Assembly: GCA_963716095.1 (NCBI GenBank)
Contig: CAVQSV010000023.1
Location: 383,140-447,139, forward strand
From: Ilumatobacteraceae bacterium
Lineage (GTDB): Bacteria; Actinomycetota; Acidimicrobiia; Acidimicrobiales; Ilumatobacteraceae
Direction of reading: 5' to 3'
DNA: 64,000 nt
The notes beneath the pieces were generated by a model that had not been told where the DNA came from, did not search any database, and was given only the letters and a program-made list of their open reading frames with translations. The position numbers and the translations under genes are program-made. Positions within the stretch are counted from its first letter, which is position 1, and each line of letters opens with the position of its first letter. Positions 46,917 through 55,321 of the stretch are shown piece after piece.

Positions 46917-47286
46917 ACCGCGCAGGCCGGGTCCGTCGAAGAAGAACCCCGGGCAACAGACGTCTTCGAATACCTACAATGCAGAAGTGACGTTGATCGA
47001 ACCGAAACCCGACCTCCCGTCGTGGACGTTTCTCACCAACCACGCCCATGTGATGGTGGCGCTGAGCCGTGACCCGGATCTTCGCCAGCGCGACCTCAGC
47101 TACGTCGTGGGCATCACGCCCGGCGCCGTGCAGCGGATCCTCGACGACCTCGAGAGCGCCGGGTATCTGCGTCGCGAGAAGGTCGGCCGGCGAAACCACT
47201 ACGAGATCATCGACCGCACACCGCTGCGCCATCCGCTCGAGGGCCAGCACACCGTCGGCGAACTGCTCGACATGCTGCAGGACTGA
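46900..47286 (+). CDS. Winged-helix (MarR/ArsR-like) transcriptional regulator
   Basis: GGAGG lies 5 nt upstream of ATG 46900. The gene overlaps the mrpG 3' end by 17 nt. PSWTFLTNHAHVMVALSRDPDLRQRDLSYVVGITPGAVQRILDDLESAGYLRREKVGRRNHY. Confidence 0.75.
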   Translation: MAISTEPRRPGPSKKNPGQQTSSNTYNAEVTLIEPKPDLPSWTFLTNHAHVMVALSRDPDLRQRDLSYVVGITPGAVQRILDDLESAGYLRREKVGRRNHYEIIDRTPLRHPLEGQHTVGELLDMLQD

Positions 47287-47338
47287 GAGCTGCGCCGGGT
47301 CTGCTCGGCCGCGTCCTCAGCCGTCGTTCGGTGACCGG

Positions 47339-48811
47339 TCAGTTGTCGCCGTGGGGGACGAACGATCGGCTCCACGCCTCGAGTTCGTCCAGGTCACAGG
47401 TTCGCGGGGTGACGACGAGGAGCACATCGCCCGGCTCGATCGTCGTGCTGCCGGTGGGGATCACCGTCGTGTCGTCGCCGCGGTGGATGACCGCCACCCG
47501 CGCTCCACTCGGGGGCGGATCGTCACGCAGCGTCACCGATCGCACCTGTGTCGAACTCGGCACCGTGATCTCGATGATGTCGGCGTCGAGCGCGTCGACG
47601 GCCACGATCTCTCGCCGTACGAACACGCTGTCGTCGGCGCTGACGCCGAGTCGCCGGGCGAGCGCGCTGATCGTCGGGCCCTGCACTGCGACCGACACCA
47701 CGACGACGACGAACGCGACGTCGAAGATGAGCGCGCCGTCGGGGTGGCCGGCGGTGAACGGAATCGTGGCGAGCACCACAGGGACGGCGCCGCGCAAGCC
47801 GGCCCATGACACCACGGCCATGTGCCGCAGCGGCGTTCGCCACCACACCAGCACCGTCACCACGGCGATCGGGCGAGCGACGAGGACCAGCGTGACGACC
47901 ACCACGAGCGCAAGTCCGAGATCCCCGAACAACTCGCTCGGGAACACCAGGATGCCGAGCAGCAGGAACAGCGCGCTCTGTGCGGTTGCGGCGAGACCTT
48001 CGTGGAAGTACAGCACGCTGCGGCTGGCGCGCTCGGAACCCGTGAGCACCACACCGGTGAGGTAGACGGCCAGCAGTCCGGAGCCACCCAACACGGCCGC
48101 ACCGCCGTAGGAGATCGCAGCGATCGCCAACGTCACCACACCAAGCGATGCCGCAGCGCCGCCCCGCACGTGATCGACCACCCAGCGGCCGATCCACCCG
48201 ACGGCCACGCCGACGGCCACCCCGACAGCCACCTGCACACCGAGATAGCTGGCCCAGTCCCAGCCGGACGGATCCGCTCGCCACACCTCGACCATGCCCA
48301 CCGTCAGGAGCACTGCGGCGGGGTCGTTGAGTCCCGACTCGAGTTCGAGGAGCCGGCTGGTACGCGCCGGGAGCGGTTCGGTTCGGAGTGCGGCGAACAC
48401 GGCGGCTGCGTCGGTGGACGAGACCACCGCGCCGAGGAGCAACGCAGTGGTGGGATCGAGGCCCATCAGCCCCCAGGCGGCGACGGCGACGACCCCAGCG
48501 GTGATCGCCACGCCCACGGTGGCGAGCAGGCCGGCCGGCGCTCCGACCGAACGGAACGAGCGGGGGTCGGTGCCGAGGCCGCCGTCGAACAGGATCACGG
48601 CGAGGGCCGCGATGGCGATGTTCTGCGCCAGGACCGCGTCGTCGAATCGGATCCAGGCGAGGCCGTCGTCGGCCACCGCCATCCCGAGCCCGAGGAAGAG
48701 CAGCAAGCTCGGTATCCGGAACCGCGACGTGAACCCGCTGGCGATCACCCCGACCAGCAGCAGCACTCCCACCAGCAGTACGCCGGGATCGACCGAGAAC
48801 GACGAGCTCAT
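47339..48811 (-). CDS. CPA1-family K+(Na+)/H+ antiporter with C-terminal RCK/TrkA-C domain (NhaP2/CvrA-like)
   Basis: MSSSFSVDPGVLLVGVLLLVGVIASGFTSRFRIPSLLLFLGLGM...VVSSTDAAAVF...ELESGLNDP. The C-terminal VPSSTQVRSVTLRDD...IEPGDVLLVVT matches TrkA-C. Confidence 0.85.
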   Translation of the reverse strand: MSSSFSVDPGVLLVGVLLLVGVIASGFTSRFRIPSLLLFLGLGMAVADDGLAWIRFDDAVLAQNIAIAALAVILFDGGLGTDPRSFRSVGAPAGLLATVGVAITAGVVAVAAWGLMGLDPTTALLLGAVVSSTDAAAVFAALRTEPLPARTSRLLELESGLNDPAAVLLTVGMVEVWRADPSGWDWASYLGVQVAVGVAVGVAVGWIGRWVVDHVRGGAAASLGVVTLAIAAISYGGAAVLGGSGLLAVYLTGVVLTGSERASRSVLYFHEGLAATAQSALFLLLGILVFPSELFGDLGLALVVVVTLVLVARPIAVVTVLVWWRTPLRHMAVVSWAGLRGAVPVVLATIPFTAGHPDGALIFDVAFVVVVVSVAVQGPTISALARRLGVSADDSVFVRREIVAVDALDADIIEITVPSSTQVRSVTLRDDPPPSGARVAVIHRGDDTTVIPTGSTTIEPGDVLLVVTPRTCDLDELEAWSRSFVPHGDN

Positions 48812-48928
48812 CGCGTCCCGGGATCCGAGCGTCGACGCAGCCGAGTCGCACCGAGAAGGGAGCCGCTCGTGTGCTTCACCGTCACATCCTGCCAGCGCGT
48901 CGGCCGTTGGTGCCCGTACAACCCCAAA

Positions 48929-49073
48929 CCCCCACCTCCGAAAAATGCGTGCGAGGCGTTCACCGGCGGGCCGATCCGCGCACGTTTCGGCCCGGGACGC
49001 GGGCACGCTCGCAAATGTGCGCGGATCCGCCCGCCCGTGACGTGCTCGTGCGCATTTTTCGGAGGTGGGGGGG
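48929..49073. repeat. Family D long imperfect palindrome (~145 bp), copy 1
   Basis: The outer arms CCCCCACCTCCGAAAAATGCGtGCGAG / CTCGTGCGCATTTTTCGGAGGTGGGGG enclose the inner arms GCGGGCCGATCCGCGCACGTTTCGG / AAATGTGCGCGGATCCGCCCGC. It lies in the divergent region between the CPA1 and PFOR genes. Confidence 0.85.
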
Positions 49074-49142
49074 TGGACGTGCTGGGGAGATCAGGACTTT
49101 GGGCGGTCGACAGGGGCGCTTGAGACCGCAAGGATGGACATC

Positions 49143-52100
49143 ATGAGCACCTCGGTTGTCGACGAACGCCCAACGACTGACCCGGGGGGATCCGATCCGA
49201 CGCCAGCACCGTCGGCGACGGCATGCATCGACGGCAACGAAGCGGCAGCCAAGGTCGCCTACGCGTTGTCGGAGGTGGTGGCGATCTATCCGATCACTCC
49301 TGCCTCGACGATGGGTGAGCTCGCCGACGCCTGGTCGGCCGGCGGCGCAACGAACCTGTGGGGCGCGGTGCCCGAAGTGGTGGAGCTGCAGTCCGAAGCG
49401 GGCGCAGCCGGCACCCTGCACGGCGCCCTGCAGACCGGAGCGATGGGCACCACCTTCACTGCGTCGCAGGGGTTGCTGCTGATGCTGCCCAACATGTTCA
49501 AGATCGCCGGCGAACTCACCCCAGCCGTCATCCACGTCGCTGCCCGAGCGATCGCCACGCATGCGCTGTCGATCTTCGGTGACCACAGCGACGTCATGGC
49601 CGCTCGATCGACCGGGTTCGCCATGCTGTGCGCCAGTTCGGTCCAGGAGGCTCACGACTTCGCGGCGGTCTCGCATGCTGCCACGCTCCGGGCACGAGTG
49701 CCGTTCCTGCACTTCTTCGACGGGTTCCGTACCTCGCACGAGATCAACCGCATCGAGCTGCTCGGCGACGACGACCTGAAGTCGCTGATTCGCGACGAGG
49801 ACATCGCCGCCCACAAAGCCCGCCGACTCCGCCCCACCGCACCCGTCGTGCGCGGCACCGCACAGAATCCCGATGTGTTCTTCCAGGCGCGTGAAGCCGG
49901 CAACCGGTTCCACGACGCAGTGCCCGGCATCGTCGCCGACGTGTTCGCCGAGCTCGAGGCGCGCACCGGTCGGCGCTACGGACTCGTCGACTACGAAGGT
50001 GCTCCGGACGCCGAGCGGGTCATCGTGATGATGGGTTCGGGCGCCGGCGCGGTCGGCGAGACGGTGGCCAAGCTGGTGGCCGACGGCGAGAAGGTCGGCG
50101 TCGCCACCATCCGACTGTTCCGACCGTTTCCGGTCGATGCGTTGCTCGACGCGCTCCCCGACACCGTGCGATCGATCGCGGTGCTCGACCGCTGCAAGGA
50201 GCCCGGGTCGGTCGGTGAACCGCTCTTCCAGGATGTCGTCACCGCCGTCGCCGAGTCTGATCGCACGGGCGTTCGGACGATCGGTGGTAGGTACGGCCTC
50301 GGCTCGAAGGAGTTCACCCCGGCGATGGCCAAGGCGGTGTTCGACGAACTCGCGCTCGACGCACCCAAGCGACGCTTCACCGTCGGCATCGTCGACGATG
50401 TCACCGACCTGAGCCTCGACGTCGACGACTCGTTCCTCGTCGATCAGCCCGGGCGCTCGGCGGTGTTCTACGCGCTCGGCAGCGACGGCACCGTCGGTGC
50501 GAACAAGGCGTCGGTCAAGATCATCGGTCACGAACCCGATCTGTATGCGCAGGGCTACTTCGTGTACGACTCGAAGAAGTCCGGTTCGATGACCGTGTCG
50601 CACTTGCGCTTCGGTCCGGAGCCGATTCGGTCGACCTACCTGGTGCAGGAGGCCGATCTCGTTGCCTGTCACCAGTTCGGGCTGCTCGACCGATTCGACG
50701 TGCTCGGCGACATCCGCCACGGGGGCACGTTCCTGCTGAACGCGCCGCATCCGGCCGACGAGGTGTGGGAGCACCTGCCGACTGCGACCCAGCGACGTAT
50801 CCGGGAACGTGAGCTGCGAGTGTTCACCATCGATGCGACCCGCATCGCCCGCGAGCTGAAGATGCCCGGCCGGATCAACACGATCATGCAGCCGTGCTTC
50901 TTCGCGCTCACCGACGTGATGGGTCTCGATCGTGCGATCGAGGCGATCAAGGCGTCGATCAGTTCCGCGTATGGTCGGCGCGGTCGGCTGATCGTGGAAC
51001 GCAACGAAGCCGCCGTCGACCGGGCGGTGGCCGAACTCGCCGAGGTGACCGTTCCCTCCGGGCAGGGCGGCGAGACACCGGCGAGCATCGAGCTCGACGA
51101 GACCTTCGACATCCTCGAGTCGGCTCGCGGCAACGCCGACGCCGACTTCATCGACCGGGTCACGATGACGATGGTTGCCAACCAGGGCGATCGGCTGCCG
51201 GTGTCGGCGATGCCGATCGACGGCACGTACCCCACCGGAACCACCCAGTTCGAGAAGCGCAAGCTCGCGATCGAGATCCCGATCTGGGAGCCCGACCTGT
51301 GCATCGATTGCGGCAAGTGTGCAGTCGTGTGCCCGCATGCCACGATCCGGATGAAGGCGTTCGAACCCGAAGCCCTCGACGGCGCACCCGACGGGTTCCT
51401 CGCCAAGAAGTTCCGGTCGCGCGAGCTCGACGGGCACCAGCTGACCATTCAGGTCGCGCCCGACGACTGCACCGGATGCGGCATCTGCGTCGACGTGTGC
51501 CCCGCCAAGGACAAGTCGCAGGTCAAGCGCAAGGCGATCAACATGCGTCCAGCCGAGGAGCATCGAGAGGTCGAGCGTGAACGATGGGACTTCTTCACCA
51601 CGATCTCCGAACTCGACCGGACCTCGATCACCCATGACTCGGTGAAGAACTCCCAGCTGCTCCAACCGCTGTTCGAGTTCTCGGGGGCGTGCTCGGGCTG
51701 CGGTGAGACTCCGTACCTGAAACTGCTCACCCAACTGTTCGGCGACCGGTTGGTGGTCGCCAACGCCACCGGTTGCTCGTCGATCTACGGCGGGAACCTG
51801 CCCACCACCCCGTGGGCGAAGGACACCAACGGGCTCGGCCCGGCCTGGTCGAACTCGCTGTTCGAGGACAACGCCGAGTTCGGCTTCGGCATGCGCCTCG
51901 GCATCGAACACCACCAGCGCGACGCCCGCCGCCTGGTCGAGGAACTCGTCGACCATGTCGGCTCCGACCTCGCCGCCGCGCTGCTGGCCGACCCGACGCC
52001 GACCGAGCTCGGCGTGATCGAACAGCGCACCCGGGTCGCGGTGCTGCGCGAGCGACTCGACGAGCTCGTCGGTTCGGGCGACCCGGTGGTGGCCGACCGT

Positions 52101-52850
52101 GCGCAGCGGCTGAGTTCGATCGCTGACGAATTGGTGCGCACCAGTACCTGGATCGTCGGTGGTGACGGCTGGGCGTACGACATCGGTTTCGGTGGCGTCG
52201 ACCACGTGCTCGGCAGCGGTCGCAACGTCAATCTGTTGGTGCTCGACACCGAGGTGTACTCCAACACGGGCGGTCAGGCGTCGAAGGCCACGCCGCTCGG
52301 TGCGGTCGCGAAGTTCGCGATGGGTGGCAAGCCGACCGGCAAGAAGGATCTCGGAGCCATCGCTCGCCGCTACGGCAACGTGTACGTCGCCCAGATCGCC
52401 ATCGGCGGCAGCGACATCCAGACCGTCAAGGCGCTGGCCGAGGCCGATGCCTGGGATGGCCCGTCGCTGATCATCGCGTATTCGACGTGCATTGCTCACG
52501 GCATCGACATGGAGACCTCGATGTCGCACCAGAAGGACGCGGTGAAGTCCGGCTACTGGCCGCTGTACCGGTACCGGCCGACGACCGAGGAGCACGAGCA
52601 TCCGTTCCAGCTCGACTCGGCTGCTCCCAGCATCCCGCTGAAGGACTTCGCGCTGAAAGAGGCAAGGTTCTCGATGCTGGCCCGGTCCGATCCGGGTCGA
52701 TCCGCCGAGTTGCTCGACCTGGCGCAGCAGGACATCGACGAACGCTGGCGCTACTACGAGCAACTCGCCGGCCTGGAACGGTCGATGCACGAGCCGCACC
52801 GCGTGGTGCTCGACGACGAGCCTGACAACGAAGGAGACGACGATGCCTGA
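49143..52850 (+). CDS. nifJ: Pyruvate:ferredoxin (flavodoxin) oxidoreductase, single-polypeptide NifJ type
   Basis: About 1235 aa: IDGNEAAAKVAYALSEVVAIYPITPAS..., two 4Fe-4S motifs (CIDCGKCAVVCP, CTGCGICVDVCP), TPP motif GGDGWAYDIGFGG. AAGGA lies upstream of ATG 49143; ATG 49134 is an alternative start. Confidence 0.9.
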   Translation: MSTSVVDERPTTDPGGSDPTPAPSATACIDGNEAAAKVAYALSEVVAIYPITPASTMGELADAWSAGGATNLWGAVPEVVELQSEAGAAGTLHGALQTGAMGTTFTASQGLLLMLPNMFKIAGELTPAVIHVAARAIATHALSIFGDHSDVMAARSTGFAMLCASSVQEAHDFAAVSHAATLRARVPFLHFFDGFRTSHEINRIELLGDDDLKSLIRDEDIAAHKARRLRPTAPVVRGTAQNPDVFFQAREAGNRFHDAVPGIVADVFAELEARTGRRYGLVDYEGAPDAERVIVMMGSGAGAVGETVAKLVADGEKVGVATIRLFRPFPVDALLDALPDTVRSIAVLDRCKEPGSVGEPLFQDVVTAVAESDRTGVRTIGGRYGLGSKEFTPAMAKAVFDELALDAPKRRFTVGIVDDVTDLSLDVDDSFLVDQPGRSAVFYALGSDGTVGANKASVKIIGHEPDLYAQGYFVYDSKKSGSMTVSHLRFGPEPIRSTYLVQEADLVACHQFGLLDRFDVLGDIRHGGTFLLNAPHPADEVWEHLPTATQRRIRERELRVFTIDATRIARELKMPGRINTIMQPCFFALTDVMGLDRAIEAIKASISSAYGRRGRLIVERNEAAVDRAVAELAEVTVPSGQGGETPASIELDETFDILESARGNADADFIDRVTMTMVANQGDRLPVSAMPIDGTYPTGTTQFEKRKLAIEIPIWEPDLCIDCGKCAVVCPHATIRMKAFEPEALDGAPDGFLAKKFRSRELDGHQLTIQVAPDDCTGCGICVDVCPAKDKSQVKRKAINMRPAEEHREVERERWDFFTTISELDRTSITHDSVKNSQLLQPLFEFSGACSGCGETPYLKLLTQLFGDRLVVANATGCSSIYGGNLPTTPWAKDTNGLGPAWSNSLFEDNAEFGFGMRLGIEHHQRDARRLVEELVDHVGSDLAAALLADPTPTELGVIEQRTRVAVLRERLDELVGSGDPVVADRAQRLSSIADELVRTSTWIVGGDGWAYDIGFGGVDHVLGSGRNVNLLVLDTEVYSNTGGQASKATPLGAVAKFAMGGKPTGKKDLGAIARRYGNVYVAQIAIGGSDIQTVKALAEADAWDGPSLIIAYSTCIAHGIDMETSMSHQKDAVKSGYWPLYRYRPTTEEHEHPFQLDSAAPSIPLKDFALKEARFSMLARSDPGRSAELLDLAQQDIDERWRYYEQLAGLERSMHEPHRVVLDDEPDNEGDDDA

Positions 52851-53886
52851 CCTGCACACCTCCTATCTCGGACTGCCGCTGAAGTCACCGCTGATGGCGT
52901 CGGCCGGGCCGTTCACGGGTCAGCTCGACCGGCTGGTCGAACTCGAACTCGCCGGTGCCGGAGCCGTCGTGCTGCCGTCGATCTTCGAAGAGCAGATCGA
53001 ACACGAGACCGCCGAGATCGACCGGTTGTACACCGTGCACGGCGAGAGCTTCAACGAGGCGGCGTCGTTCTTTCCCGAAGTCGACGACTACGGCTCGGCG
53101 ATCGACTCGTACCTGGAGCTGATCGAGAACGCCAAGATGACCGTCGACATCCCGGTGATCGCCAGCTTGAACGGCGCCAACATCGGTGGCTGGGTGAAGT
53201 ACGCGCGCCTGCTCGAAGGTGCCGGTGCTGACGCATTGGAGTTGAACCTCTACACCGTTGCCGCCGACCCGGACATCAGCGGGGCGTCGCTCGAAGCCGA
53301 ACATCTCGAACTGGTTGCCTTGGTTGCAGAGGAGGTCGACGTTCCGGTGGCGGTGAAGATCTCGCCGTACTACTCGTCGATGTCGTCGTTCGTGGTCGGG
53401 CTGCAGCGGTCGGGAGCTGCCGGAGTCGTGATGTTCAACCGCTTCTACTCGCCCGACCTCGATCTCGAGACGCTCGAAGTGGCGCCACGGATCGCGCTCA
53501 GCACACCCGAGGAGCTGCGGCTACCACTGCGCTGGATCGGAATTCTGCGCGAATACCTGACGATGTCGATCGCCGGCTCGACCGGCGTGCACTCGGGATT
53601 CGACGCCGCGAAGCTGCTGCTCGCCGGCGCCGATGTGGCGATGACCACCTCGGCGCTGCTCCACCACGGTCCGGGGCATCTGCGCACGATCGAGGCGCAG
53701 CTGTGCGACTGGATGGACGAACACGACTACGAGTCGGTGGCGCAGATGCGTGGGGCGGTGGCCAGCCATGCCGCCACTGACCCAGCTGCCTACGAGCGGG
53801 CCAACTACATCGGCAACATCGCCACGTACACCAGCCGATTCATCGGCACCGGTGCCGTCCCGCTCGCCCGTCACCGCCCCGAGTAG
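52843..53886 (+). CDS. Dihydroorotate-dehydrogenase-like (class 1 PyrD fold) protein
   Basis: Overlaps the nifJ end by 8 nt; GAAGGAG upstream. YLGLPLKSPLMASAGPFTG...VIASLNG...ELNLY...VAVKISPY...FNRF...IAGSTGVHSG. Confidence 0.75.
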   Translation: MPDLHTSYLGLPLKSPLMASAGPFTGQLDRLVELELAGAGAVVLPSIFEEQIEHETAEIDRLYTVHGESFNEAASFFPEVDDYGSAIDSYLELIENAKMTVDIPVIASLNGANIGGWVKYARLLEGAGADALELNLYTVAADPDISGASLEAEHLELVALVAEEVDVPVAVKISPYYSSMSSFVVGLQRSGAAGVVMFNRFYSPDLDLETLEVAPRIALSTPEELRLPLRWIGILREYLTMSIAGSTGVHSGFDAAKLLLAGADVAMTTSALLHHGPGHLRTIEAQLCDWMDEHDYESVAQMRGAVASHAATDPAAYERANYIGNIATYTSRFIGTGAVPLARHRPE

Positions 53887-53901
53887 CCCGACGCCAGAGG
53901 G

Positions 53902-53955
53902 CGTTCGTGTTGCAGTTCGGGCGCACCGGGTCCGTCCGGAACGTCACGCAAACGT
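53902..53955. repeat. Palindromic intergenic repeat, family C copy 5, with G-rich tail
   Basis: CGTTCGTGTTGCagtTCGGgcgcaccgggtccgtCCGGAacGTCACGCAAACGtg, then aggggtgggcgtggg. It lies between convergent genes. Confidence 0.75.
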
Positions 53956-53988
53956 GAGGGGTGGGCGTGGGAGTTCGATACGGGTGCG

Positions 53989-55261
53989 TCAGCAGACGGG
54001 ACGGACGTACGGGTACGGGTTGACGGCGCGGCCACCGCCAGGATGCACCTCGAAGTGGAGGTGGTTGGCGGTGGTGTTGCCGGTGGCGCCGACGTAGCCG
54101 ATCACTTCACCCCGCTGCACCGTGCGACTCGAACCCGACCACGCGTCGAGGTGGGCGTAGAAGTAGTACGTGCCGCTGTTGCCGGTGAGCCCGACCGACT
54201 TGCCGCCGAGGCGGGTGTTGCGGAAGTTCGCCACGCCGGACTCGACGGCGACGAGAGGTGTGCCTCTCGGCGCCATCATGTCGACACCTTCGTGGCTGCG
54301 GCCGCCGGATCGCGGGGCGCCCCAGGTGTCGGCGAAGGCGTGCGGGCCCTGCACCGGGCAGACGATGCCCCCGGCGTTGCTCGGCGGCGGGCTGGCCGGC
54401 ACGGGTGCAGGTGCAGGTGCCGGTGCAGGTGCAGGTGCCGGGCGCCGGGTTGTTGTTGGTCGCACCTTGGGCGGCGCCCGACGATCCGTTGGTCGACGTT
54501 GCTGCCGAGGCACCGGACGACGATCCAGAGGGCGCGGGAGCGGCTGCCGCAGGCGCGTTGTCTGCACTGTTGCTCGCAGCGAGCTGCGCTTGTCGTGCGG
54601 CGGCGGCCTCTTGCGCGAGCTTGGCCTGACGCTGGCGCTCGAGTTCTTGCTGCACCGCAACGTCGGCCAGACGCTGGCGCTCGATCTCGGCGAGCGCAAC
54701 CACTTCGGCTTCGGCTGCAGCCTGGAGGTCCTCGAACTGCTCGCGGGCCTGGCTGGTGGCCTGCTGCTGGCGTTCGAGCTCGGAGCGCTGTGCGCGCACC
54801 TCTTTCATCACGGCGTCGAAGTCGTCGAGTTCGACCGAGGCGACGCCACGGGCGACCGATGCCTGCCGATCGGCGGTGATGCCAGCATTGGCCTGGTCGA
54901 GGTCGATCAGGAGTGGGATCGAGGTGCCGGAGTTGACGAAGCTTCGCTGGGCGTCCAGTTGCAGGCTGCTGCGCATGGAGTCGGCCTGGGCCTCGGTGGC
55001 TGCCAGGTCCTGTTCGGCGGCCGCGATCTCGAGTTCGAGGGTGTCGAGCTGTGACTCGGCGTCGAACATCGCCTGCGATGCAGCGTTGGCGCGATCGCGC
55101 GCGGCCTGAATTTCCTGGGCGGCGCGTACCGCTGCGGGGTCCTGGGCATTGGCGACGGCCAGCGGGAGCGTTGTCGAGCCGACAGCAACCGACAGGGTCA
55201 GCGCCACGAGCGCGACGTTGCGGCGTGCCCGGGCACCTCGCAGCCGTCCGAATCCCAACAT
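53989..55261 (-). pseudogene. Secreted coiled-coil / M23 (LytM) metallopeptidase; apparent 1-nt frameshift at ~54436-54450 next to a (Pro-Ala)n repeat
   Basis: The signal peptide and long coiled coil (MLGFGRLRGARARRNVALVALTLSV...AELERQQQATSQ...) are in one frame. PAPAPAPAPAPVPASPPPSNAGGIVCPVQGPHAFADTWGAPRSGGRSHEGVDMMAP...GATGNTTANHLHFEVH (HxxxD / HxH M23 motifs) are in another. Confidence 0.8.
54404..54438. repeat. Hexanucleotide tandem repeat (GGTGCA/GGTGCC)x6 inside the M23 gene, encoding (PA)n on the minus strand
   Basis: ggtgcaggtgcaggtgccggtgcaggtgcaggtgcc. Confidence 0.9.
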
Positions 55262-55321
55262 GGCCGCCGAGCCTAACGGAATATGACGGTTTCGTGACGA
55301 TCCGGTGTCGGTCGGTGGGAG

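Noticed and set aside
48929-49073. Calling family D (and C) elements bona fide MITEs or mobile elements.
   Set aside because: I could not see flanking target-site duplications, and there is no transposase or RAYT in the window. They are therefore reported as repeats with MITE-like architecture only.
54404-54450. Programmed ribosomal frameshifting in the M23 peptidase gene.
   Set aside because: There is no slippery heptamer or downstream stimulatory structure in the usual arrangement. The lesion looks like a plain 1-nt indel in a G/C run. Only DNA-level slippage is kept as a hypothesis.
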